Shown here: piece after piece, positions 9,512 to 18,694 of the stretch | Layout of the letters: every line of letters starts with the position of its first letter | Numbering within the stretch: position 1 is the first letter of the stretch | Sequence record: SRR20825019_968 | Length of the DNA: 64,000 bases | Reading direction: 5' to 3' (one strand) | Position numbers and translations under genes: made by a program | The notes under the pieces: model-generated | Database searches by the model: none | Seen by the model: only the letters and a program-made list of their open reading frames with translations | What the model was told of the DNA's origin: nothing

Positions 9512-11017
9512 ATGAAGAATTGGATTGTATTGAGTGCGTGGCTTTCACTTGGATTTGTTGGGAATTCACAAGTATGGCTAATTGATGAAGTGGAAAAGTT
9601 ACCTGAAACGGTAAATCAACTTAGTTCGGAAGAAAGCTCTCCAATTTTTTCCGCAGATGGAAAAAGGCTCTACTTCGTTCGTTCATTCAATGATCAGAAC
9701 AAAGGAGGCGCAAGCGATCAAGATGTTTGGTACAGCGATATAACTGGTTCGAACTACTCAGAGGCACAATTGGTAAAAGAATTCAATAATAAATTCAATA
9801 ACTCGGTTGTTGGATTTAATAAATCTGGAGATGCTGTCTATCTTTTGAATACCTATGATGGAAAAACAGATTTAGAAAAAGGGATCTCTAAGTCAACATT
9901 AAATGGAACGTCTTGGTCGAAGCCAGAAAAAATTGAAATTCCAACCTTGGATATCGAAGGTGATTTTTACGGGTTTTTCGTCTCGGAAGATGAATCTGCG
10001 ATGATTATTTCTTATGCTGGACCAAATTCTCTCGGTGAAGAGGATTTATACGTGAGTCTGAATGAAGGAGGATCGTGGTCAAAACCGCAACACCTAGGTT
10101 CAAAGGTGAACTCTGCAGGATTTGAAATTTCACCATTTTTATCACCATCAAAAGACACATTGTTCTTTTCAAGCAATGGACATGGTGGACAAGGTGACGC
10201 TGATATTTTTTACAGTGTACGAAATGGTTCTTGGACAAATTGGTCGACGCCAACCAACCTTGGTTCCAAAATTAACTCTCCAAAGTTCGATGCTTACTTT
10301 ATTAAAAGAGCAGACAGAATTTATTGGTCAAGTAACCGCGCAAGTGAAAAAAGTGATATTTATTCAACTGCCATCTTACCTCCACCACCAATTAAGGCGA
10401 TTTGTCAAAAAATGGATGTTACGGAGTATGGGAAAAAAGATGGAGCCATTGACTTAAAGATTGAAGGAGGAGTAGCACCGTTTACCTATGCATGGTCTAA
10501 TGGGCAAACGAAAGAAGATCTTAGTCAACTTTCTCCCGGAACTTATACCGTTCAGATTAAAGATGCTGTGGGACAAATTGCGACAACTTCTGCGGAAATT
10601 GTTCAACCCGATTTAATCCTACCTCCAGTTGTAGCGATCGATTACAACAGATTGGTTTTTGTTCATTATTTTGGATACAATCAAAACAAATTAAAAGTAG
10701 ATCGCGGAGATTTGCGTGATTTCGTAAAAGATGCTGAAAAGCAACTGAAAGAAGGTCGAGAAAAAATGACCATGGTAATTGTAGCTTCGGCTTCTAATGT
10801 ACCAACGAATTCTTTTGAGACAAACCAGAAATTGGCAGAGGCACGTGCGAACAACTTAAAGTACGATTTGATCCAATATTTCACGAGAAAGAAACTCGTA
10901 GATAGAATTACAGTAGTTGTTAAAGAGGCGCAAGTTCAAGGTCCTGAATACGCCGATGACGCGAAGGAAAAAGGGAAATATGAGCCCTTCCAGTTTGTGG
11001 AAATGGTCACGGAGTAA
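9512..11017 (+). CDS. PorE-like protein: PD40 propeller, SprB-like repeat and divergent OmpA-like C-terminal domain
   Basis: PD40 repeats (ESSPIFSADGKRLYF, SPFLSPSKDTLFFSSN); GGVAPFTYAWSNG; NQKLAEARA. Confidence 0.75.
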   Translation: MKNWIVLSAWLSLGFVGNSQVWLIDEVEKLPETVNQLSSEESSPIFSADGKRLYFVRSFNDQNKGGASDQDVWYSDITGSNYSEAQLVKEFNNKFNNSVVGFNKSGDAVYLLNTYDGKTDLEKGISKSTLNGTSWSKPEKIEIPTLDIEGDFYGFFVSEDESAMIISYAGPNSLGEEDLYVSLNEGGSWSKPQHLGSKVNSAGFEISPFLSPSKDTLFFSSNGHGGQGDADIFYSVRNGSWTNWSTPTNLGSKINSPKFDAYFIKRADRIYWSSNRASEKSDIYSTAILPPPPIKAICQKMDVTEYGKKDGAIDLKIEGGVAPFTYAWSNGQTKEDLSQLSPGTYTVQIKDAVGQIATTSAEIVQPDLILPPVVAIDYNRLVFVHYFGYNQNKLKVDRGDLRDFVKDAEKQLKEGREKMTMVIVASASNVPTNSFETNQKLAEARANNLKYDLIQYFTRKKLVDRITVVVKEAQVQGPEYADDAKEKGKYEPFQFVEMVTE

Positions 11018-11215
11018 ACCAAAGTTTCGACTTTTTATTGGAATGTGTTGACACAGAGAGTGTTCTGTGAGAGTTTGACCTAGTTGGATTTAGTTCAACT
11101 TATTTTACGATCAAAATTCTAAGTCAACCCAACGTTTCGTTTAAAAAAATCGTTTGTAATAGGCATGCTAAAGATTGGACGTTATGTTCAAATCTTGATT
11201 AAATTTACAGACGAT

Positions 11216-12205
11216 ATGGTCAAACACCTCTTAATCCTTGTCCTCCTCTGTAATCAATGCTTTGGTCAGCAAAACCCTCAGTATAGCCAGTATACAAGGA
11301 ATCAAATCATGATGAATCCAGGCGCTACGGGAGTCTACGATTTTGTAGATGTCACCTTAGGAGGAAGAATGCAATGGCTTGGTTTTGATAATGCCCCTAA
11401 GACTTCATATCTCTATTTTGCCGCTCCAGTATCAGTATTAAAGAGCGCAAAAATGAAGCGCACATACGGTGTTATTCGAAGAGGAAATAAATCAGTAAAA
11501 CATCCTGAATTGAAATTGGGTAAAGGTGGACACGCCGTTGGAGGCTATCTGATGGTGGATCAATACGGACCATTTCAACAGTTTAAAGGAATGGGAAGTT
11601 ACGCCTATCATTTACGAATGAATAGAAAATATAACCTATCATTTGGTTTGAGTGCTGGAATCTCAAACCGTTCGTTTATTCCTGGGAAGGCACAAGTATT
11701 GAGTGCTTTAACGAATACGGGCGTTGTCGACGGGACGTATAATGCCTATGCCGCAAATCAAGGAAGCCAGAATACGATGGATTTGGAGTCTGGAATTTAC
11801 TTCTACGGAAAAGAGCTCTTCGTGGGCGTTTCGGCAAATCAACTTACCAACGATTTAGTCGCTTTTGGGAATCAGAATTTCAATTTTGATCCACGGAGAC
11901 ATTTTTATATTACGGCAGGATATAAATTCCAAGCAAATCGCGAATGGACAATTACTCCGTCATTTTTAGTGAAGTACGTGAAGCCTGCTCCTGTTTCATT
12001 CGAAGTTTCGGGAGTTTTTGATTACCAAGAACGATTCTGGTTTGGACTTTCTTACCGTCATCAGGATGCAGTGATTGGAATGCTTGGAGCTACGATCTCC
12101 GACAGATTTAAATGTGGCTATTCGTTTGATTTCAATATTAATCGCTTTAACTCTTATAGCGCAGGAGGGCATGAACTCGTTCTCGGATTTATGCTTGGAA
12201 GATAA
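11216..12205 (+). CDS. T9SS membrane protein, PorP/SprF family (paralog of 8522-9505)
   Basis: QQNPQYSQY..NPGATG, RMQWLGFDNAP, GYSFD..GGHELVLG. Confidence 0.92.
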   Translation: MVKHLLILVLLCNQCFGQQNPQYSQYTRNQIMMNPGATGVYDFVDVTLGGRMQWLGFDNAPKTSYLYFAAPVSVLKSAKMKRTYGVIRRGNKSVKHPELKLGKGGHAVGGYLMVDQYGPFQQFKGMGSYAYHLRMNRKYNLSFGLSAGISNRSFIPGKAQVLSALTNTGVVDGTYNAYAANQGSQNTMDLESGIYFYGKELFVGVSANQLTNDLVAFGNQNFNFDPRRHFYITAGYKFQANREWTITPSFLVKYVKPAPVSFEVSGVFDYQERFWFGLSYRHQDAVIGMLGATISDRFKCGYSFDFNINRFNSYSAGGHELVLGFMLGR

Positions 12206-12214
12206 CGGACATAG

Positions 12215-12845
12215 ATGTTTAAGCTATTTAGTAAAACACCAAAAAGTAAGAAGCGTTCAGAAAAAATCCTCTCAGAATTGGGGATTGTGTTCAATAAAAA
12301 CCTTCCTTTCTTAGATAAAAGAGATAGAAATACATCAAGAACTTCAAAAGAGATAGCTAAACGAATAATCGCTTTATGGGAAGTTGTAAATAATGCGGTA
12401 AATGGCAGCTCAGAAACAAAAGCGGAATCGGTAGCTTTAGAGTGAAAAGCGATTTTTTGAAAATAAATCCTTAGATAAGCAAAGTGTCATCGATCTTACT
12501 TGGCGAAGTGAAGCATTGAAAGTTTTATACTGGAGTATTGGTGAGATAGATCTGTTAGATAAACCTACTGAAGAGAAGAACCTTTTGAAGGTAAATGAAT
12601 CAGTTCTGATAAAATATCCTACCATCGAGTCATTTATAGAAGGAGCTAGGTTAAGAAGAAGTCCGGAAATTTATGACGAAGCAGATTTTATATATAGGCT
12701 TCATTGGTGTTCAAGAAGTCACAGGAGGGAAGAATGTTTCGTTCCAAAAGATTATGAGTATAGCGTAATTTATGAACGTGATTTCACTTTGAGATGGTTA
12801 ACTCAAGTCGGAACTTCGTGGGATGATATTACCTGTGATACGTAG
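12215..12845 (+). pseudogene. DUF4272-like protein, frameshifted
   Basis: N-terminal half (EIAKRIIALW) ends at TGA 12443-12445; a second frame open from 12441 gives SEKRFFEN..WRSEALKVLYW..YRLHW..WDDITCDT. Confidence 0.7.
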
Positions 12846-12880
12846 GATTAACTTTAAATGGAAGATAATCTATCAACCTC

Positions 12881-14578
12881 CTACTGAAACTTAATTGCTT
12901 TTACGGGGGAAATTCGGGTGATGACCACACTTGGAATAATCAACGCTGAAATACAAACGACCAATGTTCCGAGATTCAGCAACAACCAATGCCAAACATT
13001 CAATTCAATTGGAACCTCGGTGAGGTAATACACCTCTGGATTTAACGAAATGAAACCCGTGTATTTTTGAAGCAAGCACAGTCCCAATCCGATTACGTTA
13101 CCGAAAAGCATTCCGCGACCAATTAAAAACCCTGCTTGGATCAAGAAAATCTTGCGAATACTCCAGTTATTTGCCCCCATCGCTTTCATCATTCCGATAA
13201 AATTGGAACGAATCAAAATAAGGACGAGCAGCGCAGATCCCATATTAATGATTCCGATGAGTACCATTAACACGAGAATGATGACCACATTTATATCGAG
13301 AAATCCGAGCCAAACGAAAATATCGCGTTGATTTTGAATGATGCTTGAAGTCATGAGAATTTCATCAAATGGTGTTGGTTTTAAATCCACTAGCGAGCTA
13401 ACGTGTGCGAGAGCTGGTTCTAATTCCTCCCAGTTTTTCACCATTAATTCGAAGCCTCCAACGTAATTCTCCGAACTTCCTTTCCCTGGTGTGATCTTTA
13501 TTTCGAGCGTCTTGGTTGGTGAACGAAGTTCAAAGTGGTTTGGGTCGTTACCAATATAGTGACGATCTAATTCACTTACTTCGTTGAGTTGAAAATCGCA
13601 GTATCCACCCAGATCTTTTTTAACTTTGATCGAAATGTATGCTGTGTCTGGAATCGTGGATTCCTCAACTGGCGCGCGCATATTTGCCCAATAATCGGTA
13701 GCAATAAGTCGAAATGTTGTGTCGCGAAGTGGACAAAGAATTTTTCCAACGTAACCGTCAAATCCATCTCCCCAGTCGTAGCGATAATTCCCATTTCCTC
13801 CAGAAACATCTGCGCTCACGATAATATTTCCGTTCGGAACGGAGTCCATGATTTCAATAGAAGTATGAATTCCCCAATCGTTCAATTCTTGAACTGTGCT
13901 GAGTTTTCCAAGTGCAATTTGTTTGTCGAACTCCTCTAATCCAGTCTCGTAAATTCCCGCGATGAAAAAGTTTAGTTTGACGGATTGGTTCTTTACGAAA
14001 AATGCCCCAACTTCTTGTCCAACGGTAAACTTCAAATCATTCGCAAGCTTCTTTGAAATCAACAAATGGTGCGAAGTAGAATCTTTACTGAAATCAGGAA
14101 TAATACCTTGAATCAAATGCTTCTTAAAAAAAGACCAATCGTAATCGCCTGAAATTCCCTTGATAACTGCTCCGTGAACTTGGTATTGAACTTCGGTGGT
14201 ATCTTTCCCGTTCGAGAGTTTGTAGGTCAATTCTTGTTTTCCAGATTGAAACAAAACAGGTTTGTAGGCAATTGGATTTATAGATTGGATTCGTGGATCA
14301 TTTTTTAAGTCGTCTAGAAAAAGCTGTTGCGTACGAATCGCTTCGCTTTCATAAACACTGTTATCGCCTGCGGAAAGAATTAAAATGTGAGAGCCGAATC
14401 CCGTTACTTTTTGGCGCACTTCTTGTTGAAAGCCAGTAACAACGGCAAGCGTAATGAGGTTGACAATAATTGCAAGAGCAATACTGATCACCGAAATGCG
14501 TACAATAGGTTTCGAAACTTTCTTACCTTGCACGACACTTTTAAGCGTTTTTCGAGATATGAAATATTCAAATGCCAA
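12881..14578 (-). CDS. LolC/E (FtsX/MacB-type) ABC transporter permease with a large periplasmic insertion
   Basis: AVVTGFQQEVRQKV, GIYETGLEEFD, IGMMKAMGA, ISLNPEVYY and ISPVKAIKF; TTG start. Confidence 0.9.
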   Translation of the reverse strand: MAFEYFISRKTLKSVVQGKKVSKPIVRISVISIALAIIVNLITLAVVTGFQQEVRQKVTGFGSHILILSAGDNSVYESEAIRTQQLFLDDLKNDPRIQSINPIAYKPVLFQSGKQELTYKLSNGKDTTEVQYQVHGAVIKGISGDYDWSFFKKHLIQGIIPDFSKDSTSHHLLISKKLANDLKFTVGQEVGAFFVKNQSVKLNFFIAGIYETGLEEFDKQIALGKLSTVQELNDWGIHTSIEIMDSVPNGNIIVSADVSGGNGNYRYDWGDGFDGYVGKILCPLRDTTFRLIATDYWANMRAPVEESTIPDTAYISIKVKKDLGGYCDFQLNEVSELDRHYIGNDPNHFELRSPTKTLEIKITPGKGSSENYVGGFELMVKNWEELEPALAHVSSLVDLKPTPFDEILMTSSIIQNQRDIFVWLGFLDINVVIILVLMVLIGIINMGSALLVLILIRSNFIGMMKAMGANNWSIRKIFLIQAGFLIGRGMLFGNVIGLGLCLLQKYTGFISLNPEVYYLTEVPIELNVWHWLLLNLGTLVVCISALIIPSVVITRISPVKAIKFQ

Positions 14579-14588
14579 CTTGCGCGAA

Positions 14589-15839
14589 ATGTTTCGGCTA
14601 AATTACACAAAGGTTTTGTGCCTAAAAAGCATTTTCGTGCTTTTGATTTCGAGTTGTAGCTATGGAAATCCAATTCAGCATTATAGCGATACGGATGTTC
14701 AAGAATTACTGACACCTGGTGAGGAGAAAATTGGCTTGGCTCAGATAAAAGTGGGAGCTGAACAAACAGAGGCTTATTTCTCTACATTGAAAGGTAAACG
14801 AGTTGCTGTCATTGGAAATCAATCGTCGCTTATTGGAACAACGCATTTAGTGGATTCGCTCATTTCAGCGGGAATAAATGTGAAAAAAGTGTTCTCGCCG
14901 GAGCATGGTTTCAGGGGAGATGCTGACGCTGGAGAACATGTGAAAAGCGGAATCGATTCTAAAACAGGATTGACAGTTGTTTCGCTCTACGGAAGCAATA
15001 AAAAACCAACGCAAGATCAGCTGAAAGGAATCGATATTGTTGTTTTTGATATTCAGGATGTTGGAGTTCGATTTTACACTTATATCTCCACGCTTCATTA
15101 TGTTATGGAGGCGTGCGCTGAAGCAAAAATTCCTGTTATTATTCTCGATAGACCTAATCCGAATGGACATTACGTTGATGGTCCAGTCTTGGATATGAAG
15201 TTCACGTCTTTCGTAGGAATGCATCCAGTGCCGATTGTATATGGAATGACCATCGGAGAGTATGGCAAAATGATCAATGGCGAGAAGTGGTTGGAAAAAG
15301 GCTTGGAATGTGAATTGAGCGTGGTTCCATGTGAGAATTATTTTCACAATCGTCCGTATTCTTTACCAGTCGCACCTTCACCGAATTTACGATCGGATGT
15401 TTCCATTCAGTTGTATCCCAGTTTATGCCTGTTGGAAGGTACCACGGTTACCGTAGGTAGAGGAACAGATGGACCGTTTGAACTATACGGGCATCCTGAT
15501 TTTCCGAAAGAGAAGACAACATTTTCTTTTACACCAACGCCTGGCTATGGATCGAAAGACCCAAAGCACGAAGGAAAAGTGTGTTATGGATTCAATTTGA
15601 ATGACTCGGCACACGCTCGACTTTATCAATTGGATCTAAGTTTTCTAATTACGGCGAATGAATTATTGAACGGCAAAGCGTTTGTTGACAGAGCTAAGTT
15701 TTTCAACTTGTTAGCAGGAAATGATGTTTTAATTGAGCAATTGTCGTCCAAAAAAAGTGAAGAAGAAATTAGATTGTCGTGGAAGAACGAGTTGGATCAA
15801 TTTAAAATCGTGAGAGAAAAATACCTGCTCTACAGGTAA
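14589..15839 (+). CDS. namZ: DUF1343 exo-beta-N-acetylmuramidase NamZ family lipoprotein
   Basis: FSPEHGFRG, SLYG, FDIQDVGVRFYTY, LDRPNP and PSPNL motifs. Confidence 0.9.
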   Translation: MFRLNYTKVLCLKSIFVLLISSCSYGNPIQHYSDTDVQELLTPGEEKIGLAQIKVGAEQTEAYFSTLKGKRVAVIGNQSSLIGTTHLVDSLISAGINVKKVFSPEHGFRGDADAGEHVKSGIDSKTGLTVVSLYGSNKKPTQDQLKGIDIVVFDIQDVGVRFYTYISTLHYVMEACAEAKIPVIILDRPNPNGHYVDGPVLDMKFTSFVGMHPVPIVYGMTIGEYGKMINGEKWLEKGLECELSVVPCENYFHNRPYSLPVAPSPNLRSDVSIQLYPSLCLLEGTTVTVGRGTDGPFELYGHPDFPKEKTTFSFTPTPGYGSKDPKHEGKVCYGFNLNDSAHARLYQLDLSFLITANELLNGKAFVDRAKFFNLLAGNDVLIEQLSSKKSEEEIRLSWKNELDQFKIVREKYLLYR

Positions 15840-15926
15840 TTTCAGAGATTCCACTAATTTATTTTTCAGGGATTTCCCTGTTATTGTGAGAAATGATCAT
15901 AAGTAGTTTTGAGAAAACAAACGATC

Positions 15927-16541
15927 ATGAAAAAATACTTCTACTTAATACCAATCTCTTTTTTGTTGTCTTGCGGAAATTCTGAGTCTACCACGATGAA
16001 TTCTGAAGGGACGGAGACCGATACCGCATTTAGTTCTGCGGTAATGAATCCAAATCAAAAGGATTATTTTTCCTTCGATATTGAACTTCCTGATGGAACA
16101 GTACTGACCAAAGTGAAAGAGTTTGAAAGCGATCGCTCTGTGGCCTGTTTCAATCGTTTGAACGATGATAAAGATCCATGCATTCTTGTGGGGTTTCCTT
16201 ATGCTCAGAACAATTTCACACTTTCATTAACGGCTTCCAAACCTGGAACGTATGACTTACCAAAAAATGAAATCTGTAAATCCGAACTGGTGATTCAACA
16301 TTTTGGTACTTCCAATGGCAAATCGGAAGTAAAGGAATTTCGCGCCAAAGATTTGAAGGTGGAAATTGAAACAATAAAGAATCGAGATGTGGAAGGAGCA
16401 AAATCCTTGATTGGACAAACGGGTGATGGTTATTCAAGTATTGAAGGGACTTTTTCAGGAAAAATGACCTATACGTTGAACGGAACTGAAATGGAAGATT
16501 GTATCATTTCCGGAAAATTCAGATCTTTTGACGAAAAGTAA
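15927..16541 (+). CDS. Hypothetical lipoprotein
   Basis: Lipobox LLSC; TAGTTTTG promoter at 15904-15911. Confidence 0.75.
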   Translation: MKKYFYLIPISFLLSCGNSESTTMNSEGTETDTAFSSAVMNPNQKDYFSFDIELPDGTVLTKVKEFESDRSVACFNRLNDDKDPCILVGFPYAQNNFTLSLTASKPGTYDLPKNEICKSELVIQHFGTSNGKSEVKEFRAKDLKVEIETIKNRDVEGAKSLIGQTGDGYSSIEGTFSGKMTYTLNGTEMEDCIISGKFRSFDEK

Positions 16542-16548
16542 AGTTGAA

Positions 16549-17532
16549 TTAAGCCTTTTCTGCGGGTTTGTTCCATTCATTCAACTTCCACGCTTTTTGT
16601 TCTTCATCCGAAAGAAAAGTCCATGCAACAACACGACTGGTTTTATTTCCTTGTCCCATTGGGATTATCACCACTTGATTAGATCGAAGTCGTTTTAGCG
16701 TCTCTTCAATGTATTTTAAATTCGATTGTTTAGAAACAAGCGTCGTAAACCAAAAACAATGTTTTGCAAAGCGTTGACTTTCGCGAATTAAACTGTCAAT
16801 AAAACCTCGTTCACCACCTTCACACCAAAGTTCATTTCCTTGTCCACCAAAATTAAGCACCGCTTTTTGGGCTTTTTTTCCTTCCAGATTGCTGATTTTT
16901 CGCATGGTTCCTTCCCTTGCTTCTTCTAATGAAGCATGAAACGGAGGATTACAAATAGTGAGGTCGAAACGTTCGCTCGGTTGAATTACTCCCTTCAGAA
17001 TGTGTTGCTTGGCTGATTGCTCTCGAATACTAATCAATTCAGACAATGACGGATTCTCTGCTACGATTCTTTTCGCAGAAGCAATTGCTGTTGAATCGAT
17101 CTCGCTACCAACAAAAGACCAGCCATATTCACTTGCACCAATGATTGGATAAATACAATTTGCTCCAGTTCCAATATCTAGACAACGAATATCTTTGCCC
17201 ATTGGCGTTTTTCCGAAGTTGTTATTTTTAAGAAGGTCGGCAACATGATGAATGTAATCTGCGCGGCCTGGAATAGGTGGACAAAGGTAATTCTCAGGAA
17301 TCTCCCAGTAGGTTAAATCGTAATGACTCAATAACAACGCTTTGTTTAATGCACGAACCGCGACAGCATTAGCGAAATCAATCGTGTCTTCGTCGCGTAC
17401 ATTTTTTTGAACGAATTCAGCGAGTTCTGGAAGTGTTTTTACCAGTAAACCGAAGTCATATCTTCCCTGATGTTTGTTTCGAGGATGAAGTTTCGGCGCT
17501 GACTTTGAATCGTTCTTATGTTTTTTCGACAT
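16549..17532 (-). CDS. rlmF: 23S rRNA m6A1618 methyltransferase
   Basis: LHPRNKH, LCPPIPGRADY, LDIGTGANCIYP, CNPPFH and WFTTLVSK. Confidence 0.96.
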   Translation of the reverse strand: MSKKHKNDSKSAPKLHPRNKHQGRYDFGLLVKTLPELAEFVQKNVRDEDTIDFANAVAVRALNKALLLSHYDLTYWEIPENYLCPPIPGRADYIHHVADLLKNNNFGKTPMGKDIRCLDIGTGANCIYPIIGASEYGWSFVGSEIDSTAIASAKRIVAENPSLSELISIREQSAKQHILKGVIQPSERFDLTICNPPFHASLEEAREGTMRKISNLEGKKAQKAVLNFGGQGNELWCEGGERGFIDSLIRESQRFAKHCFWFTTLVSKQSNLKYIEETLKRLRSNQVVIIPMGQGNKTSRVVAWTFLSDEEQKAWKLNEWNKPAEKA

Positions 17533-17536
17533 TAAT

Positions 17537-18139
17537 TTAGTGTTGTTGGATTTTTTCTTGAAGATTGGATTTTACACCTCCGAACCATTCGGACTTCAAG
17601 ATACTCAAAACAATGCTGTTTCTTCTTTCGGATATGCCTTGACAGTTACTGCGTAGGATTCCTTCTTCAATGCAACCAATTCCTTTCATTGCCGCAATAC
17701 TTCTCGCATTGTTGGCATCTGCGCGAAACTCGACCCGTTCTAGGTTCAATTGTTCAAACGCAAATTCAAGAAGTAAGAATTTGCAGTTTTTATTCAATCC
17801 AGTTCCTTGAAAGTCCTTTCCGTACCAAGTATAACCCAACTGTGTTGTTTCGTGTGTCGATTGGAAATCATAGAAACGCGTACTTCCAGCATATCTTTGA
17901 GAACGCTTGTCCCAAACAATAAATGGGTATGAGTTGCCTTTCTTTCGGTCTTCGAGAGCGAGGTCTATGTATTTCGTGAGATTTTCGATTCCACCACCTT
18001 GCAACAAAGAGTATTTCCAAATCTCGGGCTCGTTCAAAGAAAATTCACTGAGTTCAGCAATGTGTTCTTTTTTCAATGGATAGAGCGCCACAACGTCGTT
18101 TTCCAAGGTGTAATCCTGATCAAAATGAAATTTTTCCAT
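17537..18139 (-). CDS. GNAT acetyltransferase (RimJ/RimL type)
   Basis: GSTRFY, LGYTW, FAFEQL..RVEFRADANN, EEGILR. Confidence 0.88.
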   Translation of the reverse strand: MEKFHFDQDYTLENDVVALYPLKKEHIAELSEFSLNEPEIWKYSLLQGGGIENLTKYIDLALEDRKKGNSYPFIVWDKRSQRYAGSTRFYDFQSTHETTQLGYTWYGKDFQGTGLNKNCKFLLLEFAFEQLNLERVEFRADANNARSIAAMKGIGCIEEGILRSNCQGISERRNSIVLSILKSEWFGGVKSNLQEKIQQH

Positions 18140-18162
18140 GAGCGTTGAACGAAACGATGTGA

Positions 18163-18660
18163 TTATTTAGCAACGGTTTTCGCTCCTTCAATCACCTTTT
18201 CTTTCAATTCAGCCATATAATCAATCAAGCGATCAAGCACTTCTGGGTTAGAAGCTCCAATGATTTTAGCAGCAAGGATTCCGGCGTTTTTCGCTCCGTT
18301 TAAAGCAACAGTCGCTACAGGAATTCCGCCAGGCATTTGTAAAATGGAAAGAATACTGTCCCAACCATCAATTGAATTACTTGATTTAACAGGAACACCA
18401 ATCACAGGAAGTGGAGTGAGAGAAGCTGTCATTCCAGGAAGGTGAGCTGCGCCTCCAGCACCCGCAATGATTACTTTCAATCCTCTTTTATGCGCGTTTT
18501 GAGCATAATCAAACATTTTCTCAGGAGTACGATGAGCAGAAACAATGTCTAACTCATAAGAAATTCCAAGATAATCTAAAATATCTGCTGCTTCTTGCAT
18601 GATCGGTAAATCCGATGTGCTGCCCATGATTATTCCAACTTCTGCCATTTTATTCGCCAT
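18163..18660 (-). CDS. purE: N5-CAIR mutase
   Basis: [23 protein letters not shown] and [10 protein letters not shown]; start may be 18648. Confidence 0.97.
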   Translation of the reverse strand: MANKMAEVGIIMGSTSDLPIMQEAADILDYLGISYELDIVSAHRTPEKMFDYAQNAHKRGLKVIIAGAGGAAHLPGMTASLTPLPVIGVPVKSSNSIDGWDSILSILQMPGGIPVATVALNGAKNAGILAAKIIGASNPEVLDRLIDYMAELKEKVIEGAKTVAK

Positions 18661-18694
18661 TATCAACTAATTTCTGCAAAGATAACGAATGCGA

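Noticed and set aside
14454-14588. N-terminal extension of namZ given in the ORF track
   Set aside because: It overlaps the opposite-strand permease; the signal peptide begins at ATG 14589 or later
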